Source of the DNA: Eledone cirrhosa
Taxonomy: Eukaryota
Assembly: GCA_964016885.1 (NCBI GenBank)
Contig: OZ024743.1
Span: 135,036,001 to 135,100,000, forward strand
Direction: 5' to 3'
DNA: 64,000 nucleotides
The translations under genes and the position numbers were made by a program. This document shows, one piece after another, positions 36,001-49,149 of this stretch; position 1 is the first letter of the stretch, and each line of letters starts with the position of its first letter. The notes below the pieces were generated by a model. It was not told the origin of the DNA and searched no databases. It was given only the letters and a program-made list of their open reading frames with translations.

Positions 36001-37299
36001 GTGCTTGGTGTTTGGTGCTTGGTGCTAGGCGTTTGGTGTTTGGTACTTGGTGCTTGGTGTTAGCTACTTGGTGCTTGGTGCTTGTTGTTTGGTGCTTGGT
36101 GCTTGGTGCTTGGTGTTTGGTGCTTGGTGCTTGGTGTTTGGTGTTTGGTGTTTGGTGCTTGGTACTTGGTGTTTTGTGTTTGGTGTTTGGTGCTTGGTGC
36201 TTGGGGTTTGGTGCTTGGTGCTTGGTGCTTGGTGCTTGGTGCTTGGTGTTTGGTGTTTAGTGCTTGGTGCTTGGTATTTGGTGTTTGGTGCTTGGTGCTT
36301 GGTGTTTGGTGTTTGGTGCTAGGTGCTTGGTATTTGGTGATTGGTGCTTGGTGCTTGGTGTTTGGTGCTCGGGGCTTGGTGCTTGGTGTTTGGTGCTTGG
36401 TGCTTGGTGTTTGGTTTTTGGCGCTTGGTGCTTGGTGTTTGGTGCTTGGTGCTTGGTGTTTGGTGTTTGGCATTTGGTGTTTGGTGCTTGGTGCTTTGTG
36501 CTTGGTGCTTGGTTTTTGGTGTTTGGTGCTTGGTTCCTGGTATTTGGTGTTTGTTGATTGGTGCTTGGTGTCTGGTGCTTGGGGTTTGGTGCTTGGTGCT
36601 TGGTGTTTGGTGTTTGGTGCTTGGTGCTTTGTGCTTGGTGCTTGGTGCTTGGTGCTTGGCGTTTGGTGTTTGTCGTTTGATGTTTGGCATTTTCTATCTG
36701 GTGTTTGGTGTCTGGTGTTTGCTGTTTGGTGTTTGCTGTTTGGTGTTTGGTGTTTGCTGTTTGGTGTTTGCTGTTTGCTGTTTGGTGTTTTGTATTTGGT
36801 GTTTGGTGTTTGGTGTTTGCTGTTTGGTGTTTAGTGTTTGGTGTTTGGTTTTGCTGTTTGGTGTTTGGTGTTTGGTGTTTGGTGCTTGGTGCTTGGTGCT
36901 TGGTGTTTGGTGCTTTGTGCTTGGTACTTGGTGTTTCGTGTTTCGTGCTTGGTGCTTGGTGTTTGGTGTTTGGTGCTTGCTGCTTGGTGCTTGGTGTTTG
37001 GTGCTTTGTGCTTGGTACTTGGTGTTTGGTGTTTGGTGCTTGGTGCTTGGTGTTTGGTGATTGGTGCTTGGTGTTTGGTGCTTGGTGCTTGGTGCTTGGT
37101 GCTCGGTGCTTGGTGATTGGGGCTTTGTGTTTGTTGCTTGGTGCTTGGTGCTTGGTGATTGGTGCTTGGTGTTTGGGCCTGGTGTTTGGTGTTTGGTGCT
37201 CGGTGTTTGATGTGTGGTACTTGGTGCTTGCTGTTTGGTGTTTGGTGCTTGGTGCTTGGTGCTTGGCTTTTGGTGCTTTATGCTTGGTGCTTGGTGTTT

Positions 37300-38850
37300 G
37301 GTGCTTGGTGCTTGGTGTTTGGTGTTTGGTGCTTGGTGCTTGGTGATTGGTGCTTGTTGCTTGGTGCTTGGTGTTTGGTGCTTGGTGTTTGGTGTTTGGT
37401 GTTTGGTGTTTGCTGTTTGCTGTTTGGTGTTTGCTGTTTGGTGTTTGCTGTTTGGTGTTTGGTGTTTGCTGTTTGGTGTTTGGTGTTTGCTGTTTGGTGT
37501 TTGGTGTTTGCTGTTTGGTGTTTGCTGTTTGTGGTTGCTGTTTGGTGCTTGGTGCTTGGTGCTTGGTGTTTGTTCCTTGGTGCTTGGTGCTTGGTGATTG
37601 GTGCTTGGTGCCTGGTCTTTGGTGTTTGGTGTTTGGTGCTTGGTGCTTGGTGTTTGATGTGTGGTGCTTGATGCTTGGTGTTTGCTGTTTGTGTTTGCTG
37701 TTTGGTGCTTGGTGCTTGGTGCTTGGTGTTTGTTCCTTGGTGCTTGGTGCTTGGTGATTGGTGCTTGGTGCCTGGTATTTGGTGCTTGGTGCTTGGTGCT
37801 TGCTGCTTGGTGTTTGGTGCTTGGTGCTTGGTGTTTGGTTCTTGGTGCTAGGTATTTGGTGTTTGGTGCGTGGTGCTTGGTGTTTGGTGCTTGGTGCTTG
37901 GTGCTTGGCGTTTGGTGTTTGTCGTTTGATGTTTGGCATTTTCTGTTTGGTGTTTGGTGTTTGGTGTTTGCTGTTTGGTGTTTGCTGTTTTTGTGTTTGG
38001 TGTTTGCTGTTTGGTGTTTGCTGTTTGGTGTTTTGTATTTCATGTTTGGTGTTTGGTGTTTGCTGTTTGGTGTTTGGTGTTTGGTGTTTGGTGTTTGCTG
38101 TTTGGTGTTTGGTGTTTGGTGTTTGGTGCTTGGTGCTTGGTGCTTGGTGCTTGGTGTTTGGTGCTTGGTGCTTGGTACGTGGTGTTTGGTGTCTGGTGCT
38201 TGGTGCTTGGTGTTTGGTGTTTGGTGCTTGGTGCTTGGTGCTTGGTGTTTGGTGCTTGGTGCTTGGTGTTTGGTGTTTGGCGCTTGGTGCTTGGTGTTTG
38301 GTGCTTGGTGTTTGGTGCTTGGTGCTTGTGTTTGCTGTTTGGTGCTTGGTGTTTGGTGTTTGGTGCTTGGGGCTTGGTGCTTGGTGTTTGGTGCTTGGTG
38401 CTTGGTGTTTGCTGTTTGGTGCTTGATGCTTGGTGTTTGGTGTTTGGTGCTTGGTGTTTGGTGCTTGGTGCTTGGTGTTTGGTGTTTGCTGTTTGCTGTT
38501 TGCTGTTTGCTATTTGTTGTTTGGTGATTGCTGTTTGGTGTTTGGTGTTTGGTGTTTGCTGTTTGGTGATTGGTGTTTGCTATTTGGTGTTTTGTGTTTG
38601 CTGTTTGGTGTTTGGTGTTTGGTGCTTGGTGCTTGGTGCTTGGTGCTTGGTGTTTGGTGTTTGGTGCTTGGTGCTTGGTGCTTGGTGCTTGGTATCTGGT
38701 GCTTGGTGTTTGGTGCTTGGTGTTTGTACTTGGTGCTAGGTGCTTGGTGTTTGATGCTTGGTGCTTGGTGCTTGGTGCTTGGTGCTTGGTGATTGGTGCT
38801 TGGTGTATGGTGTTTGATGCTTGGTGATTGGTGTTTGGTGCTTGGTGCTT
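37300..38850 (+). repeat. Block of about 1.55 kb duplicated nearly exactly at about 43205-44755
   Basis: The offset is a constant 5905 for 37347/43252, 37661/43566, 37933/43838 and 38430/44335. Private variants TTGTGGTTGC and GGTACGTGG are shared. Confidence 0.92.
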
Positions 38851-39399
38851 GGTGTTTGCTGTTTGGTGTTTGGTGTTTGGTGTTTGGTGCTTGGTGCTTG
38901 GTGCTTGGTGTTTGGTGCTTTGTGCTTGGTACTTGGTGTTTCGTGTTTCGTGCTTGGTGCTTGGTGTTTGGTGTTTGGTGCTTGCTGCTTGGTGCTTGGT
39001 GTTTGGTGCTTTGTGCTTGGTACTTGGTGTTTGGTGTTTGGTGCTTGGTGCTTGGTGTTTGGTGATTGGTGCTTGGTGTTTGGTGCTTGGTGCTTGGTGC
39101 TTGGTGCTCGGTGCTTGGTGATTGGGGCTTTGTGTTTGTTGCTTGGTGCTTGGTGCTTGGTGATTGGTGCTTGGTGTTTGGGCCTGGTGTTTGGTGTTTG
39201 GTGCTCGGTGTTTGATGTGTGGTACTTGGTGCTTGCTGTTTGGTGTTTGGTGCTTGGTGCTTGGTGCTTGGCTTTTGGTGCTTTATGCTTGGTGCTTGGT
39301 GTTTGGTGCTTGGTGCTAGACGTTTGGTGTTTGGTGCTTGGTGCTTGCTGTTAGGTACTTGGTACTTGGTGCTTGTTGTTTGGTGCTTGGTGCTTGGTG

Positions 39400-41990
39400 C
39401 TTGGTGTTTGGTGCTTGGTGCTTGGTATTTGGTGTTTGGTGTTTGGTGCTTGGTACTTGGTGTTTTGTGTTTGGTGTTTGGTGCTTGGTGCTTGGTGTTT
39501 GGTGCTTGGTGCTTGGTGCTTGGTGCTTGGTGTTTGGTGCTAGGTGCTTGGTATTTGGTGATTGGTGCTTGGTGCTTGGTGTTTGGTGCTCGGAGCTTGG
39601 TGCTTGGTGTTTGGTGCTTGGTGCTTGGTGTTTGGTCTTTGGCGCTTGGTGCTTGGCGTTTGGTGCTTGGTGCTTGGTGTTTGGTGTTTGGCATTTGGTG
39701 TTTGGTGCTTGGTGCTTTGTGCTTGGTGCTTGGTTTTTGGTGTTTGGAGCTTGGTGCTTGGTATTTGGTGTTTGTTGATTGGTGCTTGGTGTCTGGTGCT
39801 TGGGGTTTGGTGCTTGGTGCTTGGTGTGTGGTGTTTGGTGTTTGGTGCTTGGTGCTTGGTGTTTGGTGTTTGGTGCTTGGTGCTTGGTGTTTGGTGTTTA
39901 GTGCTTGGTGCTTGGTTCTTGGTGTTTGGTGCTTGGTGCTTGGTGTTTGGTGTTTGGTGCTTGGTGCTTGGTGTTTGGTGTTTGGTGCTTGGTGCTTGGT
40001 GTTTGGTGTTTGGTGCTAGGTGCTTGGTATTTGGTGCTTGGTGCTTGGTGCTTGGTGTTTGGTGCTCGGAGCTTGGTGCTTGGTGTTTGGTGCTTGGTGC
40101 TTGGTGCTTGGTCTTTGGCGCTTGGTGCTTGGTGATTGGTGCTTGGTGCTTGGTGTTTGGTGTTTGGCATTTGGTGTTTGGTGCTTGGTGCTTTGTGCTT
40201 GGTGCTTGGTTTTTGGTGCTTGGTGCTTGGTATTTGGTGTTTGTTGATTGGTGCTTGGTGTCTGGTGCTTGGGGTTTGGTGCTTGGAGCTTGGTGTTTGG
40301 TGTTTGGTGTTTGGTGCGTGGTGCTTGGTGTTTGGTGCTTGGTGCTTGGTGCTTGGTGTTTGGTGCTTGGTGCTTTGTGCTTGGTGCTTGGTGCTTGGTA
40401 TTTGGCGTTTGGTGTTTGTCGTTTGATGTTTGGCATTTTCTGTTTGGTATTTGGTGTTTGGTGTTTGCTGTTTGGTGTTTGCTGTTTGGTGTTTGGTGTT
40501 TGCTGTTTGGTGTTTGCTGTTTGGTGTTTTGTATTTGATGTTTGGTGTTTGGTGTTTGCTGTTTGGTGTTTGGTGTTTGGTGTTTGGTGCTTGGTGCTTG
40601 GTGCTTGGTGTTTGGTGCTTGTGCTTCGTACTTGTTGTTTGGTGTTTGGTGCTTGGTGCTTGGTGTTTGGTGTTTGGTGCTTGGTGCTTGGTGTTTGGTG
40701 ATTGGTGCTTTGTGCTTGGTGTTTGGTGCTTGGTGCTTGGTGTTTGGTGTTTGGCGCTTGGTGCTTGGTGTTTGGTGCTTGGTGCTTGGTGCTTGGTGCT
40801 TGGTGCTTGGTGATTGGTGCTTGGAGTTTGGGCCTGGTGTTTGGTGGTTGGTGCTTGGTGTTTGATGTGTGGTACTTGGTGCTTGCTGTTTGGTGTTTGG
40901 TGCTTGGTGCTTGGTGCTTGGCTTTTGGTGCTTTGTGCTTGGTGCTTGGTGTTTGGTGCTTGGTGCTAGGCGTTTGGTGTTTGGTGCTTGGTGCTTGGTG
41001 TTAGGTTCTTGGTGCTTGGTGCTTGTTGTTTGGTGCTTGGTGCTTGGTGCTTGGTGTTTGGTGCTTGGTGCTTGGTGTTTGGTGTTTGTTGTTTGGTGCT
41101 TGGTACTTGGTGTTTTGTGTTTGGTGTTTGGTGATTGGTGCTTGGTGTTTGGTGCTTGGTGCTAGGTGCTTGGTGCTTGGTGCTTGGTGTTTGGTGTTTA
41201 GTGCTTGTTGCTTGGTATTTGGTGTTTGGTGCTTGGTGCTTGGTGTTTGGTGTTTGGTGCTAGGTGCTTGGTATTTGGTGATTGGTGCTTGGTGCTTGGT
41301 GTTTGGTGCTCGGAGCTTGGAGCTTGGTGTTTGGTGCTTGGTGCTTGGTGTTTGGTCTTTGGCGCTTGGTGCTTGGTGTTTGGTGCTTGGTGCTTGGTGT
41401 TTGGTGCTTGGTTTTTGGTGTTTGGTGCTTGGTGCTTGGTATTTGGTGTTTGTTGATTGATGCTTGGTGTCTGGTGCTTGGGGTTTGGTGCTTGGTGCTT
41501 GGTGTGTGGTGTTTGGTGTTTGGTGCTTGGTGTTTGGTGTTTGGTGCTTGGTGCTTGGTGTTTGGTGTTTAGTGCTTGGTGCTTGGTTCTTGGTGTTTGG
41601 TGCTTGGTGCTTGGTGTTTGGTGTTTGGTGCTTGGTGCTTGATGTTTGGTGCTTGATTTTTCGTGCTTGGTGTTTGGTGCTTGGTGCTTGGTGCTTTGTG
41701 TTTTTGGTGTTTAGTGCTTGGTGCTTGGTGTTTGGTGTTTGGTGCTTGGTGCTTGGTGTTTGGTGTTTGGTGTTTGGTGCTTGGTGTTTGGTGTTTGGTG
41801 CTTGGTGCTTGCTGATTTGCGTTTGGTGTTTGGCGTTTGCTGTTTGGCGTTTGGTGTTTGGCATTTGATGTTTGGCGTTTGCTGTTTGGTGTTTGGTGTT
41901 TGGTGTTTGCTGGTTGCTGTTTGGTGTTTGGTGTTTGCTGTTTGCTCTTTGGTGTTTGGTGTTTCGTGTTTGCTGTTTGCTGTTTGCTGT
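39400..41990 (+). repeat. Block of about 2.6 kb duplicated at about 60570-63010
   Basis: Offsets are 40020/61152 (21132), 41001/62084 (21083) and 41837/62855 (21018). The landmark GCTGATTTGCGTTTGG was seen only at about 41811 and 62829. Confidence 0.85.
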
Positions 41991-44900
41991 TTGCTGTTTG
42001 GTGCGTGGTGCTTGGTGTTTGGTGCTTGGTGCTTGGTGCTTGGCGTTTGGTGTTTGTCGTTTGATGTTTGGCATTTTCTGTTTGGTGTTTGGTGTTTGCT
42101 GTTTGGTGATTGCTGTTTTTGTGTTTGGTGTTTGCTGTTTGGTGTTTGCTGTTTGGTGTTTTGTATTTCATGTTTGGTGTTTGGTGTTTGCTGTTTGGTG
42201 TTTGGTGTTTGGTCTTTGGTGCTTGGTGCTTGGTGTTTGGTGTTTGGTTATTGGTGCTTGGTGTTTGGTGATTCTTGCTTGGTGCTTGGTATTTGGTGCT
42301 TGGTGCTTGGTGTTTGGTGTTTGGCGCTCGGTGCTTGGTGTTTGGTGCTTGGTGTTTGGTGCTTGGTGCTTGGTGTTTGGTGCTTGGTTTTTGGTGTTTG
42401 GTGCTTGGGGCTTTGTGCTTGGTGTGTGGTGCTTGGTGCTTGGTGTTTGCTGTTTGGTGCTTGATGCTTGGTGTTTGGTGTTTGGTGCTTGGTGTTTGGT
42501 GCTTGGTGCTTGGTGTTTGGTGTTTGCTGTTTGCTGTTTGGTGTTTGCTATTTGGTGTTTGGTGTTTGCTGTTTGCTGTTTGGTGTTTGGTGTTTGGTGT
42601 TTGGTGTTTGATGTGTGGTGCTTGGTGCTTGGTGTTTGGTATTTGGTGCTTGGTGCTTGGTGCTTGGTTCTTGGTGTTTGGTGCTTGGTGCTTGGTGCTT
42701 GGTGTTTGGTGCTTGGTGCTAGGTGTTTGGTGCTTGGTGCTTGGTGCTTTGTGTTTGGTGCTTGGTTCTTGATGCTTGATGTTTGGTGCTTGGTGCTTGG
42801 TACTTGGTGTTTGGTGCTTGGTGCTTGGTGTTTGGTGTTTGGTGTTTGGTGCTTGGTGCTTGGTGCTTGGTGTTTGGTGTTTGGTGTTTGGTGCTTGTTA
42901 CTTGGTGTTTTGTGTTTGGTGTTTGGTGCTTGGTGCTTGGTGTTTGGTGCTTGGTGCTTGGTGCTTGGTGCTTGGTGTTTGGTGTTAAGTGCTTGGTGCT
43001 TGGTGTTTGGTCTTTGGCGCTTGGTGCTTGGTGTTTGGTGCTTGGTGCTTGGTGTTTGGTGTTTGGCGTTTGGTGTTTGGTGCTTGGTGCTTTGTGCTTG
43101 GTGCTTGGTTTTTGGTGTTTGGTGCTTGGTGTTTGGTGTTTGGTGTTTGGTGTTTGGTGCTTGGTGATTGGTGTTTGGTGCTCGCTGTTTGGTGTTTGGT
43201 GTTTGGTGCTTGGTGCTTGGTGTTTGGTGTTTGGTGCTTGGTGCTTGGTGATTGGTGCTTGTTGCTTGGTGCTTGGTGTTTGGTGCTTGGTGTTTGGTGT
43301 TTGGTGTTTGGTGTTTGCTGTTTGCTGTTTGGTGTTTGCTGTTTGGTGTTTGCTGTTTGGTGTTTGGTGTTTGCTGTTTGGTGTTTGGTGTTTGCTGTTT
43401 GGTGTTTGGTGTTTGCTGTTTGGTGTTTGCTGTTTGTGGTTGCTGTTTGGTGCTTGGTGCTTGGTGCTTGGTGTTTGTTCCTTGGTGCTTGGTGCTTGGT
43501 GATTGGTGCTTGGTGCCTGGTCTTTGGTGTTTGGTGTTTGGTGCTTGGTGCTTGGTGTTTGATGTGTGGTGCTTGATGCTTGGTGTTTGCTGTTTGTGTT
43601 TGCTGTTTGGTGCTTGGTGCTTGGTGCTTGGTGTTTGTTCCTTGGTGCTTGGTGCTTGGTGATTGGTGCTTGGTGCCTGGTATTTGGTGCTTGGTGCTTG
43701 GTGCTTGCTGCTTGGTGTTTGGTGCTTGGTGCTTGGTGTTTGGTTCTTGGTGCTAGGTATTTGGTGTTTGGTGCGTGGTGCTTGGTGTTTGGTGCTTGGT
43801 GCTTGGTGCTTGGCGTTTGGTGTTTGTCGTTTGATGTTTGGCATTTTCTGTTTGGTGTTTGGTGTTTGGTGTTTGCTGTTTGGTGTTTGCTGTTTTTGTG
43901 TTTGGTGTTTGCTGTTTGGTGTTTGCTGTTTGGTGTTTTGTATTTCATGTTTGGTGTTTGGTGTTTGCTGTTTGGTGTTTGGTGTTTGGTGTTTGGTGTT
44001 TGCTGTTTGGTGTTTGGTGTTTGGTGTTTGGTGCTTGGTGCTTGGTGCTTGGTGCTTGGTGTTTGGTGCTTGGTGCTTGGTACGTGGTGTTTGGTGTCTG
44101 GTGCTTGGTGCTTGGTGTTTGGTGTTTGGTGCTTGGTGCTTGGTGCTTGGTGTTTGGTGCTTGGTGCTTGGTGTTTGGTGTTTGGCGCTTGGTGCTTGGT
44201 GTTTGGTGCTTGGTGTTTGGTGCTTGGTGCTTGTGTTTGCTGTTTGGTGCTTGGTGTTTGGTGTTTGGTGCTTGGGGCTTGGTGCTTGGTGTTTGGTGCT
44301 TGGTGCTTGGTGTTTGCTGTTTGGTGCTTGATGCTTGGTGTTTGGTGTTTGGTGCTTGGTGTTTGGTGCTTGGTGCTTGGTGTTTGGTGTTTGCTGTTTG
44401 CTGTTTGCTGTTTGCTATTTGTTGTTTGGTGTTTGCTGTTTGGTGTTTGGTGTTTGGTGTTTGCTGTTTGGTGATTGGTGTTTGCTATTTGGTGTTTTGT
44501 GTTTGCTGTTTGGTGTTTGGTGTTTGGTGCTTGGTGCTTGGTGCTTGGTGCTTGGTGTTTGGTGTTTGGTGCTTGGTGCTTGGTGCTTGGTGCTTGGTAT
44601 CTGGTGCTTGGTGTTTGGTGCTTGGTGTTTGTACTTGGTGCTAGGTGCTTGGTGTTTGATGCTTGGTGCTTGGTGCTTGGTGCTTGGTGCTTGGTGATTG
44701 GTGCTTGGTGTATGGTGTTTGATGCTTGGTGATTGGTGTTTGGTGCTTGGTGCTTGGTGTTTGCGGTTTGGCGTTTGGTGTTCGGCGTTTGATGTTTGGC
44801 GTTTGCTGTTTGGTGTTTGGTGCTTGATGTTTGCTGGTTCGTGTTTGGTGTTTGGTGTTTGCTGTTTGGTGTTTGCTGTTTAGTGTTTGGTGCTTGGTGC

Positions 44901-47900
44901 TTGGTGCTTGGTGTTTGGTCTTTGGCGCTTGGTGCTTGGTGTTTGGTGCCTGGTGCGTGGTGTTTGGTGTTTGGCATTTGGTGTTTGGTACTTGGTGCTT
45001 GGTGCTTGGTTTTTGGTGTTTGGTGATTGGTGCTTGGTGCTTGGTGCTTGGTGTTTGGTGCTTGGTGATTGGTGTTTGGTGCTTGGTGCTTGGTTCTTGT
45101 TGTTTGGTGCTTGGAGCTTGGGGCTTGGTGTTTGGTGCTTCTTGCTTGGTGCTTGGTGTTTGGTGCTTGGTGCTTGGTTCTTGGTGCTTGGTGCTTGATG
45201 TTTTGTGCTTGGTGCTTGGTACTTGGTGTTTGGTGTTTGGTGCTTGGTGCTTGGTGCTTGGTGCTTGGTGCTTGCTGTTTGGTGTTTGGTGCTTGGTGCT
45301 TGCTGTTTGGTGTTTGGTGTTTGGTGTTTGCTGTTTGGTGTTTGGTGTTTGCTGTTTGGTGTTTGCTATTTGGTGTTTGGTGTTTGCTGTTTGGTGTTTG
45401 CTGTTTGGTTTTTGGTGTGTCGTGTTTGGTGTTTGATGTGTGGTGCTTGGTGCTTGGTGTTTGGTATTTGGTGCCTGGTGATTGGTGCTTTGTGTTTGTT
45501 GCTTGGTGCTTGGTACTTGGTGTTTGGTGCTTGGTGTTTGGGCCTGAATTTGGTGTTTAGTGCTTGGTGTTTGATGTTTGGTACTTGGTGCTTGCTGTTT
45601 GGTGTTTGGTGCTTGGTGCTTGGTGCTTGGCTTTTGGTGCTTTGTGCTTGGTGCTTGGTGTTTGGTGCTTGGTGCTAGGCGTTTGGTGTTTGGTACTTGG
45701 TGCTTGGTGTTAGCTACTTGGTGCTTGGTGCTTGTTGTTTGGTGCTTGGTGCTTGGTGCTTGGTGTTTGGTGCTTCGTGCTTGGTGTTTGGTGTTTGGTG
45801 TTTGGTGCTTGGTACATGGTGTTTTGTGTTTGGTGTTTGGTGCTTGGTGCTTGGTGTTTGGTGCTTGGTGCTTGGTGCTTGGTGCTTGGTGCTTGGTGTT
45901 TGGTGTTTAGTGCTTGGTGCTTGGTATTTGGTGTTTGGTGCTTGGTGCTTGGTGTTTGGTGTTTGGTGCTTGGTGCTTGGTGTTTGGTGTTTGGTGCTAG
46001 GTGCTTGGTATTTGGTGATTGGTGCTTGGTGCTTGGTGTTTGGTGCTCGGGGCTTGGTGCTTGGTGTTTGGTGCTTGGTGCTTGGTGTTTGGTTTTTGGC
46101 GCTTGGTGCTTGGTGTTTGGTGCTTGGTGCTTGGTGTCTGGTGTTTGGCATTTGGTGTTTGGTGCTTGGTGCTTTGTGCTTGGTGCTTGGTTTTTGGTGT
46201 TTGGTGCTTGGTTCCTGGTATTTGGTGTTTGTTGATTGGTGCTTGGTGTCTGGTGCTTGGGGTTTGGTGCTTGGTGCTTGGTGTTTGGTGTTTTGTGGTG
46301 TGTGCGTGGTGCTTGGTGTTTGGTGATTGGTGCTTGGTGCTTGGTGTTTGGTGCTTGGTGCTTTGTGCTTGGTGCTTGGTGCTTGGTGCTTGGCGTTTGG
46401 TGTTTGTCGTTTGATGTTTGGCATTTTCTGTTTGGTGTTTGGTGTTTGGTGTTTGCTGTTTGGTGTTTGCTGTTTGGTGTTTGGTGTTGCTGTTTGCTGT
46501 TTGCTGTTTGGTGTTTTGTATTTGGTGTTTGGTGTTTGGTGTTTGCTGTTTGGTGTTTAGTGTTTGGTGTTTGGTGTTTGCTGTTTGGTGTTTGGTGTTT
46601 GGTGTTTGGTGCTTGGTGCTTGGTGCTTGGTGTTTGGTGCTTTGTGCTTGGTACTTGGTGTTTCGTGTTTCGTGCTTGGTGCTTGGTGTTTGGTGTTTGG
46701 TGCTTGCTGCTTGGTGCTTGGTGTTTGGTGCTTTGTGCTTGGTACTTGGTGTTTGGTGTTTGGTGTTTGGTGCTTGGTGCTTGCTGTTTGGTGTTTGGTG
46801 CTTGGTGCTTGGTGTTTGGTGATTGGTGCTTGGTGCTTGGTGTTTGGTGTTTGGTGCTTGGTGTTTGGTGCTTGGTGCTTGGTGCTTGGTGCTCGGTGCT
46901 TGGTGATTGGTGCTTTGTGTTTGTTGCTTGGTGCTTGGTGCTTGGTGATTGGTGCTTGGTGTTTGGGCCTGGGGTTTGGTGTTTGGTGCTCGGTGTTTGA
47001 TGTGTGGTACTTGGTGCTTGCTGTTTGGTGTTTGGTGCTTGGTGCTTGGTGCTTGGCTTTTGGTGCTTTGTGCTTGGTGCTTGGTGTTTGGTGCTTGGTG
47101 CTAGACGTTTGGTGTTTGGTGCTTGGTGCTTGGTGTTAGGTACTTGGTACTTGGTGCTTGTTGTTTGGTGCTTGGTGCTTGGTGTTTGGTGCTTGGTGCT
47201 TGGTGTTTGGTGTTTGGTGTTTGGTGCTTGGTACTTGGTGTTTTGTGTTTGGTGTTTGGTGCTTGGTGCTTGGTGTTTGGTGCTTGGTGCTTGGTGCTTG
47301 GTGCTTGGTGTTTGGTGCTAGGTGCTTGGTATTTGGTGATTGGTGCTTGGTGCTTGGTGTTTGGTGCTCGGAGCTTGGTGCTTGGTGTTTGGTGCTTGGT
47401 GCTTGGTGTTTGGTCTTTGGCGCTTGGTGCTTGGCGTTTGGTGCTTGGTGCTTGGTGTTTGGTGTTTGGCATTTGGTGTTTGGTGCTTGGTGCTTGGTGC
47501 TTTGTGCTTGGTGCTTGGTTTTTGGTGTTTGGTGCTTGGTGCTTGGTATTTGGTGTTTGTTGATTGGTGCTTGGTGTCTGGTGCTTGGGGTTTGGTGCTT
47601 GGTGCTTGGTGTGTGGTGTTTGGTGTTTGGTTCTTGGTGCTTGGTGTTTGGTGTTTGGTGCTTGGTGCTTGGTGTTTGGTGTTTAGTGCTTGGTGCTTGG
47701 TTCTTGGTGTTTGGTGCTTGGTGCTTGGTGTTTGGTGTTTGGTGCTTGGTGCTTGGTGTTTGGTGTTTGGTGCTTGGTGCTTGGTGTTTGATGTTTGGTG
47801 CTAGGTGCTTGGTATTTGGTGCTTGGTGCTTGGTGCTTGGTGTTTGGTGCTCGGAGCTTGGTGCTTGGTGTTTGGTGCTTGGTGCTTGGTGCTTGGTCTT

Positions 47901-49149
47901 TGGCGCTTGGTGCTTGGTGATTGGTGCTTGGTGCTTGGTGTTTGGTGTTTGGCATTTGGTGTTTGGTGCTTGGTGCTTTGTGCTTGGTGCTTGGTTTTTG
48001 GTGCTTGGTGCTTGGTATTTGGTGTTTGTTGATTGGTGCTTGGTGTCTGGTGCTTGGGGTTTGGTGCTTGGAGCTTGGTGTTTGGTGTTTGGTGTTTGGT
48101 GCGTGGTGCTTGGTGTTTGGTGCTTGGTGCTTGGTGCTTGGTGTTTGGTGCTTGGTGCTTTGTGCTTGGTGCTTGGTGCTTGGTGCTTGGCGTTTGGTGT
48201 TTGTCGTTTGATGTTTGGCATTTTCTGTTTGGTATTTGGTGTTTGGTGTTTGCTGTTTGGTGTTTGCTGTTTGGTGTTTGGTGTTTGCTGTTTGGTGTTT
48301 GCTGTTTGGTGTTTTGTATTAGATGTTTGGTGTTTGGTGTTTGCTGTTTGGTGTTTGGTGTTTGGTGTTTGGTGCTTGGTGCTTGGTGCTTGGTGTTTGG
48401 TGCTTGTGCTTCGTACTTGTTGTTTGGTGTTTGGTGCTTGGTGCTTGGTGTTTGGTGTTTGGTGCTTGGTGCTTGGTGTTTGGTGATTGGTGCTTTGTGC
48501 TTGGTGTTTGGTGCTTGGTGCTTGGTGTTTGTTGTTTGGCGCTTGGTGCTTGGTGTTTGGTGCTTGGTGCTTGGTGCTTGGTGCTTGGTGCTTGGTGATT
48601 GGTGCTTGGAGTTTGGGCCTGGTGCTTGGTGTTTGGTGCTTGGTGTTTGATGTGTGGTACTTGGTGCTTGCTGTTTGGTGTTTGGTGCTTGGTGCTTGGT
48701 GCTTGGCTTTTGGTGCTTTGTGCTTGGTGCTTGGTGTTTGGTGCTTGGTGCTAGGCGTTTGGTGTTTGGTGCTTGGTGCTTGGTGTTAGGTTCTTGGTGC
48801 TTGGTGCTTGTTGTTTGGTGCTTGGTGCTTGGTGCTTGGTGTTTGGTGCTTGGTGTTTGGTGTTTGGTTTTTGGTGCTTGCTGTTTCGCGTTTGGTGTTT
48901 GGCGTTTGCTGTTTGGCGTTTGGTGTTTGTTGTTTGCTGTTTGCTGTTTGCTGTTTGATGTTTGGTGTTTGGCGCTGGGTGCTTGGTGCTTGGTGCTTGG
49001 TGTTTGGTGCTTGGTGCTTGGTGCTTGGTGTTTGGTGCTTGGTGCTTGGTGTTTGGTGTTTGGTGCTTGGTATTTGGTGTTTGGTGCTTGTTGCTTGGTG
49101 CTTGGTGTTTGGTGCTTGGTGCTTGCTGCTTGGTGCTTGGTGCTTGGTG